DNA from: Daphnia carinata
Taxonomy: Eukaryota
Direction of reading: 5' to 3'
Length of the DNA: 64,000 nucleotides
Assembly: GCF_022539665.2 (NCBI RefSeq)
Contig: NC_081333.1
Coordinates: forward strand, 2,604,001 to 2,668,000
Position numbers and translations under genes: made by a program. How positions within the stretch are numbered: position 1 is the first letter of the stretch; the number at the start of each line of letters is the position of its first letter. Positions 52,101-64,000 of this stretch are shown one piece after another. Below the pieces are notes generated by a model, which was not told the DNA's origin, ran no database searches, and saw nothing but the letters and a program-made list of their open reading frames with translations.

Positions 52101-54605
52101 ATGTCAATCTAGCGGACACAGAGATAAAAGAATAAAATAAAAGGGAGAATCTCGGTTACCGATGCCAGGTGGGCCGGATAGAAGAGCCGCTTTGAAGAAG
52201 GCTCCGTCGTCATTGGTCGACCAGGGACCTACACACCAAAAGCAATTGTAAGGTTATCTTTAATCCACTGACTTTCTTCTTCTTTTAACGTGTCATTTTC
52301 TTTGATATATCAATTAATTAAGCTAATCCAACTTACTTGGTTTGGTGAGTTTCTTGGTACTACTGCGGTTATCGTACCAGCTTTTCAACCAGTAAAGCAA
52401 TTTTTTAGCAATGCTCCGGTCTCCGTGCATTCCTGCAATTCCAATATAAAACGTAACAGGAATGAGTTAACTCGAATAAAAAAAAAAATACCCTACTGTA
52501 CCTATCACTTGTTTCAAGTTGGTTGGTTTGTATTTGTCGACCCAGGGCAGTTTGGCTTCACCATTTCCTTCACTTTCATCTGGCTTCTTGCGATGGGCTT
52601 CCACCTTCTTCGTTGGGGTAGTACTACTGCTACTGGCCTTTGGTTTCGAATCGATTTTCTTCGTATCAGGTGATCTTTTTTTGGTTGGAGTAGCAACACT
52701 GGTTATGACACGCTCTGGTTCCGATTTAATGCTTTTAGACGTCGTGGCTTTACTCTTCGGTGTAGTGGGTACTTTTTTGCCGGCCGGGGAACTTGATCCT
52801 TGAGCCGCATTCCTTGTAGCAAGCATTTTCAGAAAATCGTCTTCGCTGATGATAGGCACGTTCATACTTTGAGCCTGAAATTTAAAGAATAATATAGAAA
52901 AAAAAAACCATTAAATAGTTTCTAATGAGCGTGCGTCAAGAGACAAAGGCATTCGAGAGTGAAATCCATCCTCAAAGCACATCAAGATCAATATTAAACG
53001 TAGCTTCGCATTTCTCATATGAATAGAGTGGAAATGCCGATTGTTCTGTTCCTTCCAACCCAGAATTCGACAATGTGAGTGGCATCCACCTACATCATTG
53101 CGTCTTCAGAATGAATGGGCGAAAAATGAACCAGAAGGATCGGTTGAATGTGCTCTCGAAATCAGAGCAACTGTCTGTCTCTTGTGTCTGTCAGCCTGCA
53201 TTGAAATCTTGTGTGAAGGACCAGGTGAAGGGCTTACTTTCGACAGCTTAGCAGGGCCGGCATCATCTCCGGCTAAGATGTATGATGTATTTTTGCTGAC
53301 AGATTTAGTGGCTTTACCGCCATATTTCTTGACGAGGTCCTCGGCCTCTTCACGTTGCAAGGATTCCAAAACACCTGTTACGACAATGGTTAAGCCCGTC
53401 ATACATCCCGGTGCTCCCTGAGGGAATAGAAAATAAATAAGAACATCCTTATAGAAACCTATTAACAATACCGCAATCTTTCAATCTCCTAGGTTTATTA
53501 CCTCCGGTATAGATTTACTGCCGGGATTTTTCGCTCCCCCATCTCTACGAGATGCCAGGAATCTTTTGTAATTTTCAGCTTTCTCTTTCCTTTTTTCGAT
53601 GGCATCGAAGGCTGGTGAGTCTATGACATCTGGATCATCATCTTGACTTGCAGTTCTTTTTTTGGGAGTTTCTTTTACAACTGTTGGCTCAGGCTTAATC
53701 TTTTTGTTTGACTTTGGAGGTGAAGCTTTATTTGAATTAGAGTCTAATTCTTGAAGCTCTTTTTTAGATCTTTTGTCGCTCCCTTCACTTTGTTTGGTAT
53801 CCTTTGTAGGGGTGTTCTTTTTTGGAATTGTTGCTTCATCGGATGTTTTTCTCTTCTTGTCTGATACCGTTTCCTTTTTCATTTCTATTCGCGTCGATTC
53901 TTTTAAAGACTTTTCCCCATTTCTGGAAGGCAGACTAGCAGAAGGTTTGTTTTTTTCCTCTTTTGCAAGAGACTTGGATTTCTCCTCTTTTGCAGGAGAC
54001 TTGGATTTCTCCTCTTTCGCAGGAGACTTGGCTTTCTCTTTTGTGGCTGGAGAAACTGATTTGTTCTTTTCCAATACTTTTGATTTTTTTGTTAATGGGG
54101 CTTCATCCAACTGCTGAAGAGTAGCTTCAAAATCTTCATCATCGTGATCTTCAATAACTGTTCTTTTCCTTTTCTCTGGGATGTCCCTTTTGATGGGCTT
54201 ATTGCCAAACACCGAGCTGATGTCGACAGGTTGAAGTGGGGTTTCAGGTATCGAAGTTTTTGTTTTGGATTTTGTGGCTATGGCCACACTTTCTTTCTTT
54301 GGTTTTTCATCCAATTTTGGCTTCTTGGTGGAAGCAGATGACCGAGACGGTACTTCTGATTCTGAATCTGTTGAATCAACAAGAACCATAGCCTTCTTCT
54401 TCCTCTTGCCACCATCTTCTTCCTTTGAAGCTGGAGCAGATCCAGGTGACTTGGACGTCGAAGTTTTCGAGGAGATTGACGTGAAAAAGTTTCGAATGTC
54501 TCCCTTAACCTGTGCAGTTTTGGGACTTTTGGGAGGCTATCACGTGAAAAAAAAATGAACCCTAGGAAAATGCAATCTAAATAACATTTGAATAACAAAT
54601 ACCAT
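49196..54605 (-). CDS. RFC1: replication factor C subunit 1 (large subunit), multi-exon
   Basis: ATG-only first exon then ...GDIRNFF; BRCT (GAPGCMTGLTIVVTGVLES); WVDKYKP; Walker A GPPGI|GKTT split by an intron; Walker B VMDEVDGM, DRGGIQELI, ICICNDR; C-terminal VKAAFTRAYNK. Confidence 0.95.
53950..54040 (-). repeat. 27-nt coding tandem repeat (KSPAKEEKS) x3 in RFC1 N-terminus
   Basis: AKSPAKEEKSKSPAKEEKSKSLAKEEK; GACTTGGATTTCTCCTCTTT repeated at DNA level. Confidence 0.85.
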
Positions 54606-56160
54606 AATGAAGGTCAGTCAGCCTTTCCAAGTAATCAATGTGGATTGTCAATAGTCAGAAACACTTCGAATATAATTTTAATGGACAACGACTTGCTTTC
54701 ACAAGTCAACGTGCGGTTGGCGCCATCGTATGATACTGCCATATAGTTTACACTTTGCCCGCTAGGTGTTAGCATAGATCACACCCCGTTTTGACAAAAA
54801 TATTTTTCTCTAAATAATTCAGAGAAACTAAAAGAAACTCCTCACATCCCGTTTTTCTTTCCCAAAAGAATGATAAGACGTCTAGGCTCCGAGAGAGGCG
54901 TTAGATTTCCAAGAACTTTACTACATTGAGTATGAATAGGAAACAAGCTTCACTACTGCACAACTATTGTGTCGCCGTGGAAAAGCGATAGACTTAATCT
55001 CATTCGAGGTTATAAAGGCCTTTGTGAAAATATATTTTTTTACAGTAAAAAAACTAAATAAATATGTAAACAAAAGAAAAAGAGAAAACTTGTACAGCTT
55101 ATACACTTCCTAGCTTTTTATCGAGGTTTCAATGAAATATGATCTCATCCCGCCGACGTAACGCAAGATGCCGAGCAGGACCGCCTTGTTATGGTGATGA
55201 TGCCGCTTAATTTATGGCAACCTTTAACGGTTGGAAATTCAAAAGAGGCTTTTTGCATACCATCAAGGTGCGCGCGTACTTCAAGATTTTGTTTTTTTCC
55301 ATTCTTTTCTTTGTTACTTTTCTCTTTCTACTAGAATTGAATCAGAAAAGATGATGGGCCCATGCGACGGGAAAAGAGAAATCGGCGTGAAAACGGAAGA
55401 TAAATCCCTTTCGCCCTTCAGAATAGGTAAATCACCCGACGTGGAATTGATTATCGATTCGGGCCATCACGACTTATATACCCCGACGAGATTACAACGA
55501 GGGCCGTATACAACATCGATAAGAGTATCTACGTATTCTTTCTCTTTTTCTTGATTGACCTTTCAACCTGTACGGCACGTTGTTTTGTGGCTGGATGTTT
55601 TTAACCGCCTGGTCATGTGGTTCCAGTCATTGGGGCATTATTCACGGGGCTCGGCGGGGTACTTCGAAAAAAAAAATTATAAATTCATTTTTTCTCCCTC
55701 CATTTTCCCCCTTTTTTTTTTTTTTTTTTTTACTTCACAAGCAATTGGCCCTTCTCACCTTTACTGAATACAAATTGTAATCCAATCTGATTTAAATCTT
55801 AATTCTTCATGGAGCAGCGCTGCGTTGTTCCCATATGACATGCGTCAGTGTAGACGCTGAGACCAGCCAAAGGGAATTGCGTATCTCGTACCTTATTTCT
55901 TCAATAAATATATGATTGAATTAAATTTTAAGTCTAGAAATGTTTGAACATTGTTTTTAAAAACATAAACTTTCACATATCTTTTACTTAACACATTTTC
56001 AACCAGAAAATATTTTTTAAAATGAAAAACAAACCGATAGGTTGGCTTTGTAAGTTTGATGTCATGAACCAATTTCGGTATAAGCGCGTCCATTTTGGAG
56101 GAATTTTCGTGATTTTGAACTATTCAAAAGCAAAAACAAAAAGTTCTTTGCAAATCGAAA

Positions 56161-57606
56161 ATGAATTCCACAATTAGAAAACTTCCTGGCTCCAAAAAGG
56201 AATTCCCTTTCGTTAAAAGCGTCGTGGACCACCGGAGACCCGCCAGCTCGAAGGTGCAGAATGTACCGGCTGTGCACAGCAAATCGGACGTACAGAAACC
56301 CAGACCTGGAAAGGCCGTTTCTGCAAAAGGAATCGCCGGACCAGTGAGTCTCCAGAACCGCCCGGCTTGGGATCCGTCCACCAAGATTGAACCCACTCCA
56401 GTTCTTTACATCAAGCCATTGCCGGGCACGAGAAAGACACAAGAAGATCTACCAAACAAGTCTTTCAAGGCTCGACCCGTACCAATTAGCCACGCCAAGC
56501 CTTTCCGACCCATTTTACCCAGTAAAATCCTCAAATTCACCGGAACACAAACATCCAACGATGAGTTTGTTACTGGACAAGAAAAATCGGACAACAAACA
56601 GGTTGATGAAGCCACCAGCAAACCGGAAGAGTTGACGGCCGAGAGCCCTCAAGCGCCTCATGAAACCATTGAGATCCCTGAGAAGGCGGCAGAAACGCCA
56701 GCTGGATCAGCCGATCCTGGACTAGTGAGTTGCGAAGAGCAATCGGTGGTTGACCCGGTTTTACCGACCATAAAGCCACAAGAAAACGTGCTCATTGAAG
56801 AAATCAAAGTGAAAGAGAACGAGGTCGTTGACGAGAAAGAACAATCCGTTGACCTTCCGGAAGCTGAAGCAGAAATGCCCACCGGAGCAGAGGACCCTGG
56901 ATTAATGAGCAGCGTATTGCAATCAGTGGTTGATCCGGTTTTACCGTCCCCAACACCAGAAAACGGCATTCCGATTGACGAAACCGAAGTGAACGAGGTC
57001 ACTGGCGAGAAAGAACAGGTCGTTCAGCTTCCGGCTGCTGAAATGCCAGCCGAAGCTGAGGATCCTGGACTATTCAGCCGCATGTGGCGTTCGATGGTTG
57101 ATCCCATTTTGGGCCAAAGGAAACCAGATAACGAAGGAACAGGACAAACTGAGGAGGTTGCTGTCAAGCACCCAGAATCCGAAGTGCCTCCTGTAACTGA
57201 AGAGCCTGGTGTTCCAGCGGCTACTGAAACGGAATCACCAGCCATCGAAGAGGTTGTTATTCCATCGGTTGGGGAGAAGGAATCGCCGGTTGTCGAAGAG
57301 AGTGCCATGCCATCGGTTGAAGAAAAGAAAGATGAATCGCCAGAAGTGGCAAAAGAAGTGGTAGAAGATCAGCCGATGGCAGGGCCGTCTTCCGACGAAG
57401 GTGCAGTGAGGAAATATCCTCCGGGTTATGGATCGAAAAAGGAAAGGATCAGAAAGGCTTTGGAGAAAAAGGGGATCATGCCCGGCGATGAGCTGCCACC
57501 GAAAAAACCGTTCAAAAACCAAGGACGCAAGCGTTCAAAATCACCATCCCTTATGGAAATCTACGAGAACTTGTTGAAGGCTCCTCCTTACAAAGAGAGT
57601 GACTAA
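56161..57606 (+). CDS. intronless 481-aa uncharacterised protein: basic N-terminus with FKARP motif, Glu/Pro-rich internal repeats
   Basis: Long uninterrupted ATG-TAA ORF with coding-like composition; AATAAA at ~57695; three diverged repeats with core AE-P---EDPGL-S----S-VDP-L. Confidence 0.8.
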   Translation: MNSTIRKLPGSKKEFPFVKSVVDHRRPASSKVQNVPAVHSKSDVQKPRPGKAVSAKGIAGPVSLQNRPAWDPSTKIEPTPVLYIKPLPGTRKTQEDLPNKSFKARPVPISHAKPFRPILPSKILKFTGTQTSNDEFVTGQEKSDNKQVDEATSKPEELTAESPQAPHETIEIPEKAAETPAGSADPGLVSCEEQSVVDPVLPTIKPQENVLIEEIKVKENEVVDEKEQSVDLPEAEAEMPTGAEDPGLMSSVLQSVVDPVLPSPTPENGIPIDETEVNEVTGEKEQVVQLPAAEMPAEAEDPGLFSRMWRSMVDPILGQRKPDNEGTGQTEEVAVKHPESEVPPVTEEPGVPAATETESPAIEEVVIPSVGEKESPVVEESAMPSVEEKKDESPEVAKEVVEDQPMAGPSSDEGAVRKYPPGYGSKKERIRKALEKKGIMPGDELPPKKPFKNQGRKRSKSPSLMEIYENLLKAPPYKESD

Positions 57607-59143
57607 GAAGCGACGTTGATTTAATTTCTCAGACATGCGGAATTAAAATTTCTCTTGCCTTATAAAAAAAAACTGTTCTGTCAGCAAAAATTAAAATAAA
57701 AATGTTGGCTCCTAATCATTTGTTTCTTGTTCTTTTTATTTTCCCATCGATTCAATTCGAATTTAACATATCGATTAGCTACTTAAAGAGAGGAAGGATT
57801 TTGCTCAAAGCTTTAAATGTGTAAATGCATAAGATTTCAGTCTATGGCAGATGGCCAGGCAGATGAAATATTTTTTAGGTATTAGTTTGGTAAGACAAAT
57901 GCTGAAGGGTTGGCAGGAAAGATGCTATCTAACATGATCGACGCTTCGAGATTGGGGAAACAAGTGCCGATGTGATTGATGAACGAGGGGATGAGATTGT
58001 AAAACAAAAGACTGCATAGCCGTGCCAGTTGGTTGGAATTGCCTTACATCCTGCTCACAAACAGACACACCTCAAATATAATGCAAATAACATTTCAATT
58101 TATTCAGCCACTATAACCGAAAATAAACATGTCGATCGATACATTACACAAAGGCTGACAACATCTCATTCTCTTACGTCACAACGGCTTGTAGGACAAG
58201 GCACACCTAAAAAAAAAAAAATGAATCCAATCCAATTGAAAGGTCGACAGCTTAGATCAAAGTGGCACGTCATTTTTCATTAAACGACGTGTAAAGAACA
58301 GCCGTGGAACAGCTGGCGGATCGGCTAGACCCAATATTGATAATGCCGATCATCCATCAACGGGTGGAGATGACGCATTGGCCCGAATCTTTCCCAGAAA
58401 TATATATAAAAGAATGACCAAAATAAACATCGAAAAAAAAAAAATAGATGCGATCGATAGCAACGAGATATGAACAATCAGGTCGCTGTCGAGTTAACAA
58501 ATACACTACACAGGATGTCTCCATATACCGATGTAAAAGGTCCGAAAAGGATATATAAGGATGGAGCCTGTTTGGTTCTACACAAAGGAGAAAAGATCGA
58601 TAAGAATCGAGGAAGGACGAAACAATTCCATTTACGAATAAAGAGAGGATACTGACTACGGAGCAAGCCGAACATTGCCCTCCTCCCACTTTTACCTTTT
58701 ATCTTCCCGACAAGCAAATAACACTAATGAGAACGAAGCTAACGGGGACGGCGGGACAGAGGAGTGGCTGCATAGTGCCCACCAAACTCCCCACTGTGAA
58801 CTGTGCGCTATGCGTAACAAAGTTTGGTTTGTCTCCGCGTTTCAATTATGCGGATGGATTCCGTCCGCGATGATATTGCGCGACTGCAATCACAATTTCC
58901 GAGTACACGGTCGTCGAGCCAACTTTGTTCCCTCGTTACACACATGTCAACTGTACACAACGAAATGAAATTTTTGTTTATTTGAATTTTTGTGTGTGTA
59001 AAAAGAAAATGTTTAGAATCATGACCGCTAGATGTCTAGAACGAACTCCCGCGGTTTCTCATTTTTCCGAGGTCGGGAGGAGGAACCCAAGAACCTCTTG
59101 TTCACCACCTACTCAACCCATCAGCCCACACCGCTATCCTGTC

Positions 59144-59145
<2 letters not shown>

Positions 59146-59184
<39 letters not shown>
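59146..59184. repeat. (AC)n microsatellite
   Basis: Uninterrupted AC run. Confidence 0.9.
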
Positions 59185-59188
<4 letters not shown>

Positions 59189-62100
59189 GATTATATTCCT
59201 TTTTATTTTTCTTTCCGACTTCTCTTTTTTTTTTTTCTTCTTTCCCTTTTCGACCCCCAAAGACATGCCGGACCATTTGGACGGTCGACTTCAGTCGCTC
59301 GGCGGGAACCAAACGGACCATAGCACGTGACGATATATCTCAGCCCGCTCGCGACTATAATTTTTTTTTTCTTTATTTTCTTCTTTTAAAAAAATTGACA
59401 GCACAAACACATACCGACGATACTCGTCTCTCTCTCTCTCTCTTTTTTTTTTTTAAAGAAAAAGTTTTCAACTCAAGACAAGAAGGAGATAAGAAAAAGA
59501 GTGGTGTCCTGTGCATATTTTTTTGTTTTGTTTTCGTTTCTTGTGTGTGTGCCGTGTTCTGTGTTTTACAGTGTATTATTCAAAGTGGTCTGTGCGTAGA
59601 CGTATGTGCTGTATTCGAAAAAAAAGGAAGACTCCACTTCGGCCATATCTGCATATTTAAGAAGGAAAAAAAAACAACAAAAAAACAAAAAAAAACGAAA
59701 GAAGCTTCTCATTTTCTTTTCAACTTCGGTCGCGGGATTTAAATATTTTAAGCTCCATTGCGGTGCGGTCGCCATGAACGACGGGATTGTATTCATTATT
59801 GTTCGGCCGGCGGTTATTGCTCGTCTCTGTGCCTCCGTCGATCACGCTCCGTCGTCAGGGGACAACTAATCCGGAAGAAATTCGTTGACGGTAAATGAAA
59901 ACCTTTTTTTTTTTTTTTTTTCCTTTTTTTTCTTTTTTTTTTACTTTTTTTTTTTTTTTTTAAATAGCCAGTGTTTGTGTACACACGTATAGACGACACA
60001 ACACACCACGGCCTCATTAATGGTAGACACATAGGAACAGGGAAAGAAAAACGGCTGTTGCTCGTCGGTGTAGCTCAGTAGCTGCACACAGTAATGATCC
60101 CAAAGAGGATGATTTATGTTTTTTTGCATATATAGTACACCACAAGGAGGGAGTTTCTTGACTCGGGTGGGACAAGCAAATGCTCCGTGAAAGTCACCTT
60201 GAGACATTTCGTCTCCTTTCCACTCTGCTCAACTTCATTTTTCTTTTTTTTTTCTTCTTCTTCTTCTTCTTCTTCTTCTTCTTTCTTTCTTGGTTTATTT
60301 TCACGGTTTAATGACCAGCAGGTGTCCGTGGATTTTTTGACGTGCGACGGTCTACAGCGTTTTGTAAACTTACACGTCGTCTTTGATTGAGGACAAAACG
60401 TCTTTGTTATAGAGCCATGGGAAAATGAAGAGAAAAAAAACAAAACAAAACAAAACAAAACAATGTTTTGATTACACGTTTTACTTATTCTCCTGGACAC
60501 GAAGCGTATCGGGCTATTCATCCGAATGAAAATGGACAGTTCGTGTGCGTGTGTGTGTGTGTGTGTGTCTCCAGTCCAGCTTTTTTATTTTTAAAAAGGA
60601 CATTCCACAGATAGGGACGGCATAGGTCTATAATAGGCACACGCAGAGACATGTCACGTTATTATTACACATAACGTCGTGATTCTTGAACGTTCTGTAC
60701 ACATTTAATGAAAAAGAAAGACCGAAAAATGTATTCATATTTCTGTGCATGTCAATGAGACTTTGTTGTTTCGTATATAAACAGAGAAGATGGGTCAGTA
60801 ACTTGTCAGAATCCGTCACCAGATAATGACTTAACAAAAGCCCTAAAAGAAAACACATTTTGAAGAAGAAAAAAAAAAAAAGGAAGAGTCTCTTAAAATA
60901 AAAATTAAAGAATTAAAGAAAATGTCTTATCACCCGTGTAAGAATGTCAATATGGAGGGAGAAAAAAAAAAGAAAGAAACGATGTAAAGATGGGACACAG
61001 CGTGCCATGGCCTTGTGCCTTCACTCTATGGATTTCTAAATTTGGATAACAATTCATACGTTATGAATCTTTCTTTTTTTTTTCTTCAGGCCGTGATCAC
61101 AACATCATATTCCGTGTTGTTCGACATAAACCGGGCTAGCGTGAAAACACGTATGATTTTTTTTTTCGGTTAGAACTAACCCCCCCTCTCTCTTCAGATT
61201 TTAACCCTGGCTATTAAATGTGTCCCCCCCCCCGTCTTTTGTATTGGTCGAAACTCGGAGACGATGTACCGATAGCTCATCCGGAATTACAAAGGAGAGG
61301 AACATGCGCGCGCACCCCAGTTGAGACCGGTTATTTAAAAAAAAAAGAAAAAAGAAAAGAAAAACAATTTATTATTTTTTTTTTTTCTTGTAGTTGCGAT
61401 GTTTTCTCACGATTGAAAAACGAAAATGCAATTGCCGATTGGAATCAAACATCCAGCAGAAAAAAAAAAAAAGAGATGGGGATCCACGTATAACCTCTTT
61501 GATCGATAGAAAAATAAAGACGAAAAGAATGTATTTATTTCGAAGGCGGAATTAAATTGCCGCAAGGGTTTCCTTTGGGCCAGCGTCACAGCTGGGATAT
61601 TTCGATTCGATCAAACTCAAGAAAAAAGAAAATCTCAAAAGAAACAAGAAATGTCTGTATACACCATTCGAAATAGCGGATACGTAGGAAATGCGCGCAA
61701 TCTCGATATGCAACATCTATTTTCGCTATTTTGTATATTTACCTCTCCCTCTTGCCCTCCCCCCTCCCCTCCCCTACGGGTTCTTGCTTTTCGGGGAGAA
61801 ATAAAAAGGTCGTGAGTGTTCGTGTGTATTGCCTCATAGCAAAGTGAACAAACTGCTGCCGAGTGGGCGGTTTTTTTTTTTTTTTTTTTTTTTTTAAGAT
61901 GTTATACGAATGGAATGATGGATCGGTGCTGACCGCGCGCACCGAAGAGCCTCGTTCTCCGAGAAGACATCCATCATTCCGGTATATATATCGAATGTTT
62001 TTCGCAACGCTCTTTTGCCTTTTTTCTCACAAACAGTGTTACAGCCATTTGTCGATGGCCATGTCCCCACACTTTGGCCAAAATGTCGTCTACTCTGCAG

Positions 62101-62494
62101 AAGAAAATTCCGCAACATAAAGAACAGCAGTCCTTTCACCTTTAAGATAGCCATTTGTGTTGCTCTTTTGATGGCCGTGAGTAAACTGCATTTTTCCTGT
62201 TGCCGTTGGGCTTTGCTGAACACAAGGAAAAAAAAAAAAAACTGTTCATCCTTTGCACGCAAATGTGCATTTCTTTAGCGGTCGGGACGCCATAGCGGGT
62301 GGGGGGGGAGGGGGCGAGTCCTGTAAGCAAAAAAGGTCTTTCGGCAGATGCCCTTCGGACGACCTATTTTCTTATATAACTGCAACAGTTCTTCTCCTTT
62401 GTGTTTCGTTCGGCTAAATGTAATCCGTCTCTCTCGTTCTCTTTTCGTGTGGAATACATAATCGCACAGACAAAGAGTCTGAAAGACAAAAGAA

Positions 62495-62532
<38 letters not shown>

Positions 62533-64000
62533 TCGAACGCGCTGATGACTAAATAGGGTTGACGATGTTCTAAATAACAAAAGGCCCTTTTTTAATGGAA
62601 AAGCTTGTTTTCTTTTCTTTTTTTTTTTTTCCTTATTAACTTTTTTTTTTCTCTCTCTCTTTTTGTTGAGGGTATATAACGAAAGAACAAAATCCTGCTC
62701 TAATAAACAATAAAGAAAAGAAAAAAAAAAAAAAAAAAAACAACTCGTATTTTTATTGCTTGTTCGAAAAAAATGGCGGTCCTTTACGACGTGTGTGTTA
62801 AACAAAAGAGGAAACCTACTTTCCTTCTCTCGAGCTTAGAGTTACTTTGCTATTCATAAACAACTGCCTTTTTTTCTTTTCTTGTTTCTCTTGACATTAG
62901 CGACATCAACGCCGTTCACGGTCGTATATCATTCGTAAGCATGTCTTTTTGGAAATGGATTTTGCCCTTTTTCTTGTGTACATTTTTTGCTACATAGCTG
63001 CCAATCAAGACGGTAAATAAGGAAACTACACGATCGTTTCGCTCAATGATGTGGAAGATTTTCGTCGTGTTTTTCTTTCTTTTCTTTTTATTTTTAACAC
63101 CAACACCAACTTCTAGTGGCACATATAGAAATAGCTGAATGCGTGGGGGATTTTGTGCAAGTAAGACGAATGAATCAGCCCTTTTTTATTATCCTTTGTT
63201 TCCGAGAATATCACGTAATCAAGGAGCCCTCGTGAGTAGTGAGTTTTCTTATAGGCAACAATGTCGACACACACACACACACACATGCGCAAGAACGGAT
63301 ACAGAAAATAAAAGCTACGTCATTTTCTATTTGGTTTCAACATTTTCGGTAAATATATATAACTATGTATAAACCTACTGTTACATACACACACAGCTAC
63401 ACACACAAATTTTAGAATATTTTTTTTTTTTGTTTGTGTGTGTGTATATCTATTATGTCCGTATAGGCTATGATGCTGTGTGTGTGTGTGTGTGTGTGTA
63501 TAAGAATTCCCGCTGGCTATACAACAATACCAAACAAGGCAATCCGGTTGGTGATTTATCAACAACACCCGTGCGTCCTTCTCCTTTCCTCCTCTTTTCT
63601 CTGCAATGCTTTTTATATTTTTATAGAGGTATAGGACAGCAGCTATATCGTAAGAAGGATTGTCACTGGGCCAACATCTGTCAGTTGTGCATTTTGCCTT
63701 TAAAGAAAAAAAAAAAAAATCAAATAAAAAGGGCCACCAAAAATACAGTTGAACATTTCAGACGTGATTATACTACCGATGTAGATCCCATACAAACGTC
63801 CGCCTTATAAGTCTAACGCATATAACTCTTTTCACTATGGATATCAGCCCCGGTTTTTGGTTTTCGTACACACACGCAAAAGGAGGAGTCACATTGATTT
63901 GGACAGTTCCAAACAAGGAGAAATATTATAAGAGATGATCGGAGCTAGTGATTGCATATACACATACGTTATATATAAAAAGGATTATCACTTTTGTAAG

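Noticed and set aside
58029..64000. Short ORFs in the terminal tract
   Set aside because: Low-complexity artefacts; no coding signal or recognisable domain.

Overview
Eukaryotic, intron-dense arthropod DNA. The short 60-90 nt introns, a gustatory receptor and the gene set suggest a branchiopod crustacean such as Daphnia (inference). In order: the 3' portion of an alpha-neurexin (+), flotillin-1 (-), an intact 7-exon gustatory receptor (+) followed by a decayed paralog, and an atypical class-A GPCR (+). Next is a complex repeat island (~26.1-33.6 kb). It holds a ~4.8 kb palindrome whose ~2.1 kb arms carry a cryptic spliced gene and a ~420 bp hairpin-rich module present in 3 copies, with three tRNA-like heads in the spacer. 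Then come a mitochondrial fission regulator MTFR-like gene (-), IntS9 (-), a homopolymer/microsatellite-rich non-coding tract, RFC1 (-), an intronless acidic repeat ORF with a TPX2-like motif (+), and a final low-complexity tract. Exon coordinates were read by eye and may be off by a few bases.
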